Below, in pieces: positions 36,578 through 45,392 of a stretch of DNA of 64,000 bases (within the stretch, counting starts at the first letter, position 1; every line of letters begins with the position of its first letter). The notes beneath the pieces were generated by a model. It did no database searches and was not told the DNA's origin. It worked only from the letters and a program-made list of their open reading frames with translations. The position numbers and the translations under genes were made by a program. Source of the DNA: Bacillota bacterium (lineage in GTDB: Bacteria; Bacillota; Clostridia; Christensenellales; SZUA-584); the NCBI GenBank assembly GCA_023416745.1, contig JAEZHF010000072.1, positions 3,914 through 67,913 of the forward strand. Direction: 5' to 3'.

Positions 36578-36847
36578 ATGGATATGTCGGTTTATGAATC
36601 TTTCGCGGCAAAGCTCAAGGTACTGGGGCATCCGGTGAGGCTGTGCATCGTCAACGGGCTCAGCAAAAAGAGCTGCCATGTCAAACAGATATGCCAAACC
36701 CTGGGCATCCCTCAACCGGTGATATCGCTGCACCTGTCGAAGCTCAAGGCGGCAGGCATCGTTGCCAGCGAGCGGCAGGGCAGCCATATGTGTTACCGTG
36801 TGGAAGACAGGATAACGCAGCACCTGCTGGAACTGCTGCCGAAATAA
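36578..36847 (+). CDS. ArsR/SmtB-family transcriptional regulator
   Basis: 89 aa. LKVLGHPVRLCIV ... QPVISLHLSKLKAAGIV winged HTH. Confidence 0.85.
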   Translation: MDMSVYESFAAKLKVLGHPVRLCIVNGLSKKSCHVKQICQTLGIPQPVISLHLSKLKAAGIVASERQGSHMCYRVEDRITQHLLELLPK

Positions 36848-36870
36848 AACCTTCAAAGTGAGGGGCGGTT

Positions 36871-37947
36871 ATGAAACCGGAGCATTATAACGTACCTGAT
36901 TTCAGTCTGCCGGAGTTCCGTGATGCGCCGGACGTGCTTTGCCGCGCGTCGGAAAGGGACGGCATCGCGCCGGAGGGGTTCCACGCGACCAGCATATACC
37001 CCGAGTATTTTCGAATCGACGGAGAGTGGCGGCTCATTGAATCCAGCCGCATGGACTGCGCAGTGGTCATAAGAGACACTCAGCCCTTTGCTGTGGAACA
37101 ACGCAACATACGTGCTGGAGACAGCGTTGTGCTAGGGCGCGAAGATGATGGTTCCGCGGGCATATACCTGCATGCCGCCGCCTTTGCCGCACGTGATAAG
37201 GAAGGGGACGACTTTGCGTTCCGCGGCTCCCGGACGCGTGAAACCTCCTATTCGCGTGACTACGACAGCCTGTATGAACTGCTGAACTATGAGCGCGAGC
37301 ACGGCTTTTGCGTTTGGGTGCTGGGCCCGGCCTGCACGTTCGATTTTGACTCACGCCGCGCGATGGCTGAACTGATAACCAGGGGGTATGTACAAGCGAT
37401 ATTCGCGGGCAATGCGCTGGCAACCCACGATCTGGAGGCCGCCGTGTTCAAAACGGCGCTGGGGCAGGACATCTACACGCAGCACAGCGTCAGAAACGGT
37501 CATTACCATCATCTGGACACCATCAACATGATATGCGCGGCAGGCGGCATAAGACCCTTCATCGAACAGCGGGGAATAGAGGACGGCATCATGGCAGCGG
37601 TGATTCGGTACAATGTACCGTATGTACTGGCCGGTTCCATACGTGACGACGGCCCTCTGCCTGACGTGATCGCTAATGTATATGAGGCGCAGGCACAGAT
37701 GCGCGTGCTGCTGTCTCAGGCGACCACGGTGATCGCGCTGGCCACGCAGCTGCACGCCATCGCCACCGGCAACATGACTCCCAGCTACTGCGTTAAAAAT
37801 GGCGTGATCCGACCGGTCAACTTCTATGCCGTGGACATATCCGAATTCGCGGTGAACAAGCTGCACGACAGGGGTTCGCTTTCTGCAAAATCCATAGTGA
37901 CCAATGTGCAGGACTTTCTCGTGAATCTGGAGCGCAGCCTGAAATAA
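36871..37947 (+). CDS. LOR/SDH-like (TIGR00300-type) protein, possible ornithine cyclodeaminase-like enzyme
   Basis: 358 aa. FAGNALATHD and VLAGSIRDDGPLPDV resemble the conserved LOR/SDH bifunctional-enzyme region as I remember it. Confidence 0.4.
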   Translation: MKPEHYNVPDFSLPEFRDAPDVLCRASERDGIAPEGFHATSIYPEYFRIDGEWRLIESSRMDCAVVIRDTQPFAVEQRNIRAGDSVVLGREDDGSAGIYLHAAAFAARDKEGDDFAFRGSRTRETSYSRDYDSLYELLNYEREHGFCVWVLGPACTFDFDSRRAMAELITRGYVQAIFAGNALATHDLEAAVFKTALGQDIYTQHSVRNGHYHHLDTINMICAAGGIRPFIEQRGIEDGIMAAVIRYNVPYVLAGSIRDDGPLPDVIANVYEAQAQMRVLLSQATTVIALATQLHAIATGNMTPSYCVKNGVIRPVNFYAVDISEFAVNKLHDRGSLSAKSIVTNVQDFLVNLERSLK

Positions 37948-38127
37948 AGAAATATTTTTCAGTAATATATAAAATATGCGCAATTAGACCAAACTGTTGC
38001 CCATATACACATTATACCAAATTGCATAAGCTGCATGGTATAATGTGTTTAACCGTTTTGGTGCAAGGAGGATCGAGTCATAGAAAATAAGCAAGTCGGG
38101 AAAGGTGTAATATTACTGATTGCGGTA

Positions 38128-38469
38128 ATGATGTTAATCGGCATGACGGCATGCAGCTCGAAAAATGTGTATGTGCTTGACCCCGCGTTTTTCGACATCC
38201 CGGATAAGACAACTGCTTGGAGAGAAGAACTTTTCGGAGAGAAACCATTGTATGGGGAAATAAAGACGGCAGAGCAAGCGGCCCAGTGTTTTGAGGATTT
38301 ATGGAATGTTATGGATTATGACGTTCACCAAGAGCGGCCGTATATCGTGAGCTTTGAACCGGGTAAGTGGTATGTGAGAGGTTCGATGGAGGAATTGACC
38401 CCGGGCGGGGTCGCTCATGCCATATTCTCGGATAGCGGAGAATTGCTTGCTGCGTGGGGAGAGGAATAG
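38128..38469 (+). CDS. Small putative lipoprotein (NTF2-like / immunity-protein-like fold?)
   Basis: IGMTAC lipobox-like sequence at the N-terminus. The first canonical start is 38128, but a strong SD sits upstream of an in-frame ATA at 38080. The gene is AT-rich. Confidence 0.45.
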   Translation: MMLIGMTACSSKNVYVLDPAFFDIPDKTTAWREELFGEKPLYGEIKTAEQAAQCFEDLWNVMDYDVHQERPYIVSFEPGKWYVRGSMEELTPGGVAHAIFSDSGELLAAWGEE

Positions 38470-38523
38470 CGCAATAGGCGCCATTTTCATAAATGCACTC
38501 GAAAATGAACCCCGTTATTAATA

Positions 38524-38560
38524 AAGCCCATGCTGGTCAGGAGGGAAAGAGCATGGGCTT
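38524..38560. terminator. Bidirectional terminator
   Basis: Perfect 11-bp stem AAGCCCATGCT / AGCATGGGCTT. Confidence 0.75.
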
Positions 38561-38573
38561 TGTATTATCTTTT

Positions 38574-39998
38574 CTAGTAGCCCGCCGATATGGCCAGCAT
38601 CAGGAATCCGACGCTGACGGCCATAACGATGAGCTGCAGCCCGATGGTGAAACGGAACCATTTGGTGAAACTGACGGTGGTGAGCCCCAGCGCGATCAGC
38701 AGCATCGGGTTGGTGGGATAGAGCACGTTCAGAAAACCGTCACCCAATGCGTAGGTGAACACTGTGGTTTGAGCGGATATACCGGAGACCGCCGCCAGCG
38801 GTACGATCAGCGGCATCACGAGGAAGGCTTTGGCCGATGCCTGTGATACGAACAGCTCCAGCACCAGTATCAGCGCGAATATGATGAGCACGTTAAGATA
38901 GGGGCTGGACTGCGTGAGCGCGGCGGACGCCTCGTGGATGATGGTGGCTTGAATGCCGCTTTCCTGCATGATGGTGGACACGGCCATCGCCATGGGGATC
39001 AGCACGATGCCGGGCGCGATGTCCATTATGCCGCCGAAGAAAGCGTTCGCGGTTCCCCTATAACCCGCCAGTTTGGAACCGATGACGGATGCCAAAATAA
39101 AGATGACCGCGATGACGATCATGGAGTAGTCAGCGATGCCGACGAATGGCGCTGCAATAAGATACGCCAGCATGAGGGCCAGCAGCAGGCCGACGAACAG
39201 TATCGGCCCTTTTTTGAACTGCGCAGCTTCCCGTATCTGCTCGGGCGACATCCTGTACTTTTCCCGTCGCTGCGTGTCCTCCGTGTAAACGCGGGAGGCC
39301 ATCGGGTTGTTATCCAGTTTTTTGGCATAGCGAAACAGAAAAAGAAGCAGTATGCTGTAGGTAACGACGAAGAATATCAGACGCAGCCATGTGCCGGAAT
39401 ATAGCGGTACACCGGCCAACTGCTGTGCCACTCCGATGGAGAAGGGGTTGAACAGTGCCGCCGCGAAGCCGAAGCTGGCGGAAAGCAGGCTCAAGGAGAG
39501 TCCCATCAGGCTGTCCCAGCCCAGCATGAACGAGAGACCGATCATCAGAGGAATGAGCGGCACGATCTCCTCAAGTATGCCGAAGAACGAACCTAAAAAC
39601 ATAAACGTGAAGGAGACAACGGCGATGAGAAGCCGCTTGCGCGTGTACATCTTCTGCGCTATCTTGGCGATCACCGCACGCAGTATGCCGGACTTGTCCA
39701 GCACGGTGAAGGAGCCGCCGATCAGCAGTATGAACAGCATGATGACGATCATTACGAAGTTTAAGTCCCCGCCCGGCGCGAAGCTCTTGAATATCGACAG
39801 CAGGATGTTGTAAACCGGATAATGTCCCGCTTCGCCCGTCTGTGTGTACGTTTCCACTGTTCCGTCTGCCGTATATACGCCCGGCGGGACGATAAGCGTC
39901 AGCACCCATGTCAGTATGATAAGTATGAATATGATCAGTGCGGCGGTGAGCAGGCTTCTCTTATTGATCCGGAAGCTGGAGTCATTTTTCGACATCAC
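38574..39998 (-). CDS. YfcC-family (DcuC/ArcD-like) polytopic transporter
   Basis: 474 aa with about 11-12 TM helices. The N-terminal pattern is typical of the YfcC / C4-dicarboxylate anaerobic carrier superfamily. Confidence 0.65.
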   Translation of the reverse strand: MMSKNDSSFRINKRSLLTAALIIFILIILTWVLTLIVPPGVYTADGTVETYTQTGEAGHYPVYNILLSIFKSFAPGGDLNFVMIVIMLFILLIGGSFTVLDKSGILRAVIAKIAQKMYTRKRLLIAVVSFTFMFLGSFFGILEEIVPLIPLMIGLSFMLGWDSLMGLSLSLLSASFGFAAALFNPFSIGVAQQLAGVPLYSGTWLRLIFFVVTYSILLLFLFRYAKKLDNNPMASRVYTEDTQRREKYRMSPEQIREAAQFKKGPILFVGLLLALMLAYLIAAPFVGIADYSMIVIAVIFILASVIGSKLAGYRGTANAFFGGIMDIAPGIVLIPMAMAVSTIMQESGIQATIIHEASAALTQSSPYLNVLIIFALILVLELFVSQASAKAFLVMPLIVPLAAVSGISAQTTVFTYALGDGFLNVLYPTNPMLLIALGLTTVSFTKWFRFTIGLQLIVMAVSVGFLMLAISAGY

Positions 39999-40027
39999 TG
40001 TTCTCCTTCGTATGCATATATGGTATA

Positions 40028-40056
40028 ATTATGATGCCGTGGTGATACCTTGTCAA
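40028..40056 (-). promoter_or_regulatory. Promoter of the YfcC-family transporter gene
   Basis: On the minus strand: TTGACA, 17 nt, CATAAT. It overlaps a plus-strand TGgTATAAT at 40021-40029. Confidence 0.5.
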
Positions 40057-40087
40057 TCAGCACATCAAACGCGTGAGGAGCTAACAC

Positions 40088-41095
40088 ATGGACGATTTCC
40101 CCAAACGGGCACGAATCATTCTTCTTTTAAACTACTTAATTGAGCAGACGGACGAACAGCACCCCAAGCGCATGGCGGATATACTGGATTATCTGCAAAA
40201 AGCGGGGGCAGGGGCCGAGCGCAAGGCCGTGTATGCCGACATCGCCATACTGCGCGATCTGGGGTACGATATCATCATGACCAATGAGCGCTCGTCAGGA
40301 TATTTTCTGGGGCAGCGCACGATGGAGATGGCCGAGGCCGAGGTGTGCGCCAGTGCGATATCCGCCGCCCGATTCATGACCGAGAAGAAGTCACGCGAGC
40401 TGATACGCAAGCTGGGGGACCCGTTCGGCTGTGCTGCCGCGTCACGCTTCCGCGAGCGCATGGAGTTGGCGCGCACGCAGAAGACGCGCAACGAGGAGAT
40501 ATACTACAATATCGACAGGATCGTACGCGCACAGAACGCAGGGAAGAAGATCTCCTTCCTCTATTTCGAGTACATGCCGGACAAGACGCAGCGTTTCAAG
40601 CGGGACGGCCAGCGGTATCTGGCCAGTCCGTACACGCTGATGTGGTATGAGGACTGCTACTATCTGGTGTCCAATATCGACAAGTACGACAACCTGTCCC
40701 ATTTCCGCGTGGACAGGATGTCCCGTATCGAGATAACGGATGAGGATATCCGCGCTATCAGTGAGGTGTCCGAATACAAGAATTATATCGACTTCGACGA
40801 ATATCACCGCAGCGTGTTCGGCATGTTCGGCGGACAGCCGCAAACTGTGCGCATCCGATTCCGCGACGAACTGGCGACGGCGGTGTTCGACCGATTCGGC
40901 CTTGATATCGCGGTGTCTGACATAAAGGACGGCTGGTTCACTGTTTCCGTCAGCGTGCGTGCGAGCCAGGGCTTTCTGTCATGGCTCACGATATTCGGCG
41001 ATAAGGCGGAGCTGCTGTCGCCCGACAGCCTGCGCAGCGATATGGCCCGTCTCGTCGGGGCACTGAACCGGCTTTACTCCGGCAAACAGAAATAA
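40088..41095 (+). CDS. WYL-domain transcriptional regulator (HTH-WYL-WCX architecture)
   Basis: N-terminal HTH. Central WYL-like block YTLMWYEDCYYLVSN...SHFRVDRMSRIE. Confidence 0.75.
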   Translation: MDDFPKRARIILLLNYLIEQTDEQHPKRMADILDYLQKAGAGAERKAVYADIAILRDLGYDIIMTNERSSGYFLGQRTMEMAEAEVCASAISAARFMTEKKSRELIRKLGDPFGCAAASRFRERMELARTQKTRNEEIYYNIDRIVRAQNAGKKISFLYFEYMPDKTQRFKRDGQRYLASPYTLMWYEDCYYLVSNIDKYDNLSHFRVDRMSRIEITDEDIRAISEVSEYKNYIDFDEYHRSVFGMFGGQPQTVRIRFRDELATAVFDRFGLDIAVSDIKDGWFTVSVSVRASQGFLSWLTIFGDKAELLSPDSLRSDMARLVGALNRLYSGKQK

Positions 41096-41102
41096 TATAA
41101 AA

Positions 41103-41136
41103 AAGCTTCCCTCGGCTTGATTACAAAGGGAAGCTT
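41103..41136. terminator. Bidirectional terminator (end of the pilus operon and of the WYL gene)
   Basis: Perfect 10-bp stem AAGCTTCCCT / AGGGAAGCTT, flanked by A and T runs. Confidence 0.75.
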
Positions 41137-41149
41137 TTTACTTTTAAAC

Positions 41150-41812
41150 TCAGTTGAAAATGTCTCCGCCGTATTGATACCCTTCCGCAAAGTCGTACGC
41201 TTTGCCGGCTTCCAATGGCCCGGTTCTGCCATAAAACTCTATATCCAGCTTGATGGCCATTTCATCATTCTTGGGGACGGAGGTGCTCGGCACAATCGTT
41301 TCAGCGGTTTCCCCTTCCTGTATAACAGGGGGCGGCTCCGGAAGCGTCGTGACTGTAACGGCCACCACCTTAATGAAATACGGACTTTCGTTGAAAGCCT
41401 TCAGCAACGCTTTCAGGCCGTCAAAGCGGCATGCCATGGAAATACTGACCGGAACCACATAAAGCTGCCCTGCCTGGCGCAAGTCATTGAATAGAAATGT
41501 TGTTTTTTTCGCATGTTCATTGACTGTTTTCTCAAGGTATACCAGAACGGCCGGCTGGTCAAAACCCGTGGAAATGCCGCCGCTCAACTCTTTAATGCGG
41601 GCTTCGTTATCTTCAATGGCTTTGTCCATAGCCGTGATGATCTGCCTTTGCTGCGCCACAGTGGAAGCCAGAGATTCCTTGTCCGTGATATCGTCTTTAA
41701 GCAGGCTCAGCTGGTCCATATTCGGCTTGAAATAGAAGAGAAAATAGAGGCAGAACACTGCCATCACCAGCACAACGGAAACGAGTATTTTTTCGCGTTT
41801 AGACATTGTCAT
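41150..41812 (-). CDS. pilO: Type IV pilus assembly protein PilO-like
   Basis: N-terminal TM helix plus a coiled coil, at the position after pilN. The start (41812 or 41806) overlaps the end of pilN. Confidence 0.65.
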   Translation of the reverse strand: MTMSKREKILVSVVLVMAVFCLYFLFYFKPNMDQLSLLKDDITDKESLASTVAQQRQIITAMDKAIEDNEARIKELSGGISTGFDQPAVLVYLEKTVNEHAKKTTFLFNDLRQAGQLYVVPVSISMACRFDGLKALLKAFNESPYFIKVVAVTVTTLPEPPPVIQEGETAETIVPSTSVPKNDEMAIKLDIEFYGRTGPLEAGKAYDFAEGYQYGGDIFN

Positions 41813-42449
41813 TTGCGGCCTCCGTATTCTCTGCGGCGGGAGTTGCCGCGGGTTGTTTTGTAGTGCTGTCTTCATCCGCCTTGTCGCTGCCGTCAATGAC
41901 TTCCGGCGATGTGCCCAACGGCTTCGGCAGCGTGGCTATCAGCATGAACCGCGTTGTCACGCCATCATTTTCAACAGCGCTGCTGTTCACATATACGTCA
42001 AGGAATAGACCTGTCTCTCTGAGACGCAGTGCGAAGGTTGCCAGCACCTCGTCCCGCGGCACGACACCGTTGATTGTCATCCGATTGTCTGCCATCGTGA
42101 TGCCGTCGATATAGGCGCTGGTCGGTAAAGATGTTTCCAGCGCTTCAATATAATGCGTGGCAGCTGTCTTGGAATCGTTAAGGTCCTCTAATTGCTTGAC
42201 GGCCTGCTGCAGCATGGCGTTCTGCAGTGTCTTTTCCGCCTGCTCCTGATCGACGGCAGGCTGCGAAACCAGTTCGGTATCAAGGTTCGCGAGCCTGATC
42301 TGCGCGCTGGCCAGCATATTGGACGGCAGCGCGATACCGGCATACAGCAGCGCGGCGAACAGCAGTATGAAGATCAATACTGTTCCCAGCTTCTTCCCTG
42401 AATACTGTACTGCCTTTCGTTTTTGCAGAAGATTGATATCGTACTTCAT
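41799..42449 (-). CDS. pilN: Type IV pilus assembly protein PilN-like
   Basis: MKYDINLLQKRK followed by a TM helix, the canonical PilN N-terminus. Confidence 0.75.
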   Translation of the reverse strand: MKYDINLLQKRKAVQYSGKKLGTVLIFILLFAALLYAGIALPSNMLASAQIRLANLDTELVSQPAVDQEQAEKTLQNAMLQQAVKQLEDLNDSKTAATHYIEALETSLPTSAYIDGITMADNRMTINGVVPRDEVLATFALRLRETGLFLDVYVNSSAVENDGVTTRFMLIATLPKPLGTSPEVIDGSDKADEDSTTKQPAATPAAENTEAANDNV

Positions 42450-42450
42450 G

Positions 42451-43494
42451 TTATTCCTCTCTTAACGTCGCAGCATAGGCGTTCAGCAGCAGAGCGAAGC
42501 CGCGCTGGTCAGCGGGGTTGCCGCTTCGGGACATGGGCAGCAGCATGGAAGACAGATGAACCGGAATGTTCAGGTGACGCCCCATATACTCCAGCAGCCC
42601 CGGCATCAGCGCGCCGCCGCCAGACAGATAGACGGTATGCACAGTGCTTTTGGCTCGGTTGCGGTAATAATCGAACAGCCGCGCGATTTCGTAGAGCAGC
42701 GCGTCGATCTCGTATGAGACGGCTGCTTTGAGTTCGGCGTTTTTATGCGGCTGGTTTAAGAAATCCACTTCGCGCTTCATCGTTTCGGAAGTCAGTATAT
42801 CCTTGCCGGAGTTCTGCGCGATCACTTCGGTGATCTGCTGGCCCGACTTTTTGATAACGTTGCTGATAAAATAATTACCGTTATGGTAGATGCTTGCGCG
42901 GGTGCACTTGGTGCCAAAGTCCAGTATGCAGATACCGCCGTTGATATTAAACGCCTTGTCGCGCATGCTGGCGAATTTCAGCAGCTTTTCGCGGGCGTTT
43001 TCGCAGGTGTCCACCACTGTCAGATGAAATCCAGCGGCATTGAGTGCCCGCTTGTATTTGTTCACGATGCGCTTGTGGACGGAAGTGACCAGCACGCTGT
43101 ACATCTCGACGCCGTCCTCGGTTAATTTCTCGGCAATTTTATAGTCGATAAAATACTTGTCCGGATCCACGGGCAGATAACCCGACATCTCGTTCAGTAT
43201 GTTCTGATAAAGCTCGTCCTCTGAGAGCACGGGAAGCGTGAAGTGACGGATGATGATGTCGCTGCCGGACAACACGAGAAAGCATTTGCCGGAGCCCAGG
43301 TGCGCCTTCTTGCGCGCCATCTTCAGCGATTTGACCAGCGCGTCCTCCGACACGATGTTGAGGTCGTCCACACAGCCTTCCGGTATCCGGTGCACCACAA
43401 ATTTAAGAATCCGGCCGTCGGTGCCTGTCTGCGTTAGTTTTAGGTTTGAATGCCCGATATCCACCGATACCGTGGCCGCCTGCTTGATTGGCAT
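42451..43494 (-). CDS. pilM: Type IV pilus assembly protein PilM (actin-like ATPase fold)
   Basis: 347 aa. VSVDIGHSNLKL and LSGGGA motifs. Confidence 0.85.
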   Translation of the reverse strand: MPIKQAATVSVDIGHSNLKLTQTGTDGRILKFVVHRIPEGCVDDLNIVSEDALVKSLKMARKKAHLGSGKCFLVLSGSDIIIRHFTLPVLSEDELYQNILNEMSGYLPVDPDKYFIDYKIAEKLTEDGVEMYSVLVTSVHKRIVNKYKRALNAAGFHLTVVDTCENAREKLLKFASMRDKAFNINGGICILDFGTKCTRASIYHNGNYFISNVIKKSGQQITEVIAQNSGKDILTSETMKREVDFLNQPHKNAELKAAVSYEIDALLYEIARLFDYYRNRAKSTVHTVYLSGGGALMPGLLEYMGRHLNIPVHLSSMLLPMSRSGNPADQRGFALLLNAYAATLREE

Positions 43495-43504
43495 TGAAGC
43501 CTCC

Positions 43505-44968
43505 TTAGTTTACACGGCCTACAGCCGTTATGCTTTGCTCCTTGTATATGTCACTGCTCAGTTCTACTGAACTTGAGCCTGAACCGAAGAAGGTGCCCTC
43601 GAGATCAGCGAGTTTATTCTGTACGCTGGTCGCGCTATAATTAACGGTCTCCCAGCTGTTAACTGAAAAATACATATTATCCTTTGCTATCATGGCTCCC
43701 GATATATTCCCGCCGCCGGTGAAAACGATATCCCCTCCGGAAAACATGATGGCATTGACGCTGCCGCCTCCCAGAGAAATTTTGCTGTGGGAATAAATTA
43801 CGTTTCCGGAAGCGCTCAGGCTTGACATTGTAATAGGTCCGGTGGCGAACATATTGCCGAGCGCCGACGCGCCGTTGACCGTAATGCCGCCGCCGCAAAT
43901 TATAGACCCCTGAAGGTCGGCGCTGCTCACCGTCACATTTCCGTCGGCATAGATATTGCCGTGAAACGAACCGCCATGCAACACAACGTTGCCGCGCGCA
44001 TAGATATCCCCGGTCATCAGCCGGCCGGTGATGTCAATGTTATTGCCATAAAGGTCGCAGGCGATATTGCCGCCGCTCGATACAATCAGATCGCCGGTGG
44101 CGCGTATGACGCCATCGGGGATGACGTTGTTGTTTGTCAGGTAGAGCTTGACATTAGGACCCGTGTTAACGCTGACGGGAGAGGTCAGTGGATATGCGGC
44201 CGCACTCAGATAGGTATTGTTCGTCGTAATATAATATTTAGGATTTGTGATAACCGGATCGCTGAAGGACGGATACGTGAGCGTATCGTTGATTGACTCC
44301 CTGATATTGGCATCGATCGTTATTTGGCCGTTATTGACTCCAAAGTACCAGGGTTGGCGGCATTGCAAAGCGCCGAGAATGGCATTTCCGTTACTCAACG
44401 TGATACCTCCGATTGTCCCCAAATCAAGAGTGCCGCCAACGACGATAGCCGCATCGGGAATGAACCAGTCTTTCGCGCTGACGTCAATGCGTTCCACCTG
44501 CACACGTCCCTGAACCTGATACTGGGTGCCGTCGGCCATTGTGGAGGTGGTGGTCATCAGAAATTCGTACGCGTTGTTCGCAGAATCGAAACCTTCAACT
44601 GTAAAAGTTGTCTGTGTGGAACCGCCGGTGATGGCCGGCTCGGCAAAACGGCTCTGCGCGTATGACGTGATGTTGGATGCAAAGTTGTTGTACAGGCTGT
44701 TGTAGGTGGCTCCGCCCGCTTCCTGCATCTGTGCGTAATAGCGGTTCACCTCCAGCTTGAGCTGGTCGATTGCACAGTTAACGCCCGCTTCCGCCGCGTA
44801 GAACGAATCGTTCGTCGTGGCGTCCGCAGTATTCGAATTCAGCGTGCTCATGGAGAGGGTGATGGCGGCGAGACCAAGCAGCATAAGAATGGTGATCGTC
44901 ACCAGCGCCATGATCAACGATGAGCCACGGGAACCCGTTTTGCGGCCAAACAATCGTCTGATTTTCAT
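43505..44968 (-). CDS. Large PilX-N-like minor pilin with a C-terminal beta-helix repeat region
   Basis: SD AAGGAG lies upstream of ATG 44968. The N-terminus GSSLIMALVTITILMLLG is PilX_N-like. The C-terminal half has many short G(N/D)(I/V)-type repeats (GGNIACDLYGNNIDITG..GDIYARGNVVLHGG..GNIYADGNVTV..). Confidence 0.65.
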   Translation of the reverse strand: MKIRRLFGRKTGSRGSSLIMALVTITILMLLGLAAITLSMSTLNSNTADATTNDSFYAAEAGVNCAIDQLKLEVNRYYAQMQEAGGATYNSLYNNFASNITSYAQSRFAEPAITGGSTQTTFTVEGFDSANNAYEFLMTTTSTMADGTQYQVQGRVQVERIDVSAKDWFIPDAAIVVGGTLDLGTIGGITLSNGNAILGALQCRQPWYFGVNNGQITIDANIRESINDTLTYPSFSDPVITNPKYYITTNNTYLSAAAYPLTSPVSVNTGPNVKLYLTNNNVIPDGVIRATGDLIVSSGGNIACDLYGNNIDITGRLMTGDIYARGNVVLHGGSFHGNIYADGNVTVSSADLQGSIICGGGITVNGASALGNMFATGPITMSSLSASGNVIYSHSKISLGGGSVNAIMFSGGDIVFTGGGNISGAMIAKDNMYFSVNSWETVNYSATSVQNKLADLEGTFFGSGSSSVELSSDIYKEQSITAVGRVN

Positions 44969-44984
44969 AACCCAATCTCCTTTA

Positions 44985-45392
44985 CTAGTATGAGGCCATA
45001 GACAATGATGTCTCAATGGCCGTACCCTTGTTGCTGACGAGTTTAATCCAAAGCAGATCGCTGCTTTTGGTGACCGTAAAAGTGCTGATGTTGGAAGCAA
45101 TAGCTGTATCGTTCCGGAGAATCTTTCCGCCGGACAGCTTATACGTCCTGTCGTCCACCGTCAGAACGCCTCCTGATACGCTGATCTTGGCCGCGTCGGT
45201 CACGCGCACCACGTTGGTGATGTCGGACATCGTCATGCGAAGGTTGGCCTGTTCGTCAGCCGATTCGGATTCCAAAGTGTAGAGAGAGAACCCCTGGCCG
45301 AAAAAACTGTACATCAGCATGGCCGCAACAGCCACCAGAGCACAGGCCAGCAACACTTCAATCAGCGTAAAACCGCGGGGTCTCTTCTTCAT
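44985..45392 (-). CDS. Minor (pseudo)pilin with a prepilin N-terminal cleavage/methylation motif
   Basis: MKKRPRG|FTLIEVLLA. Confidence 0.8.
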   Translation of the reverse strand: MKKRPRGFTLIEVLLACALVAVAAMLMYSFFGQGFSLYTLESESADEQANLRMTMSDITNVVRVTDAAKISVSGGVLTVDDRTYKLSGGKILRNDTAIASNISTFTVTKSSDLLWIKLVSNKGTAIETSLSMASY

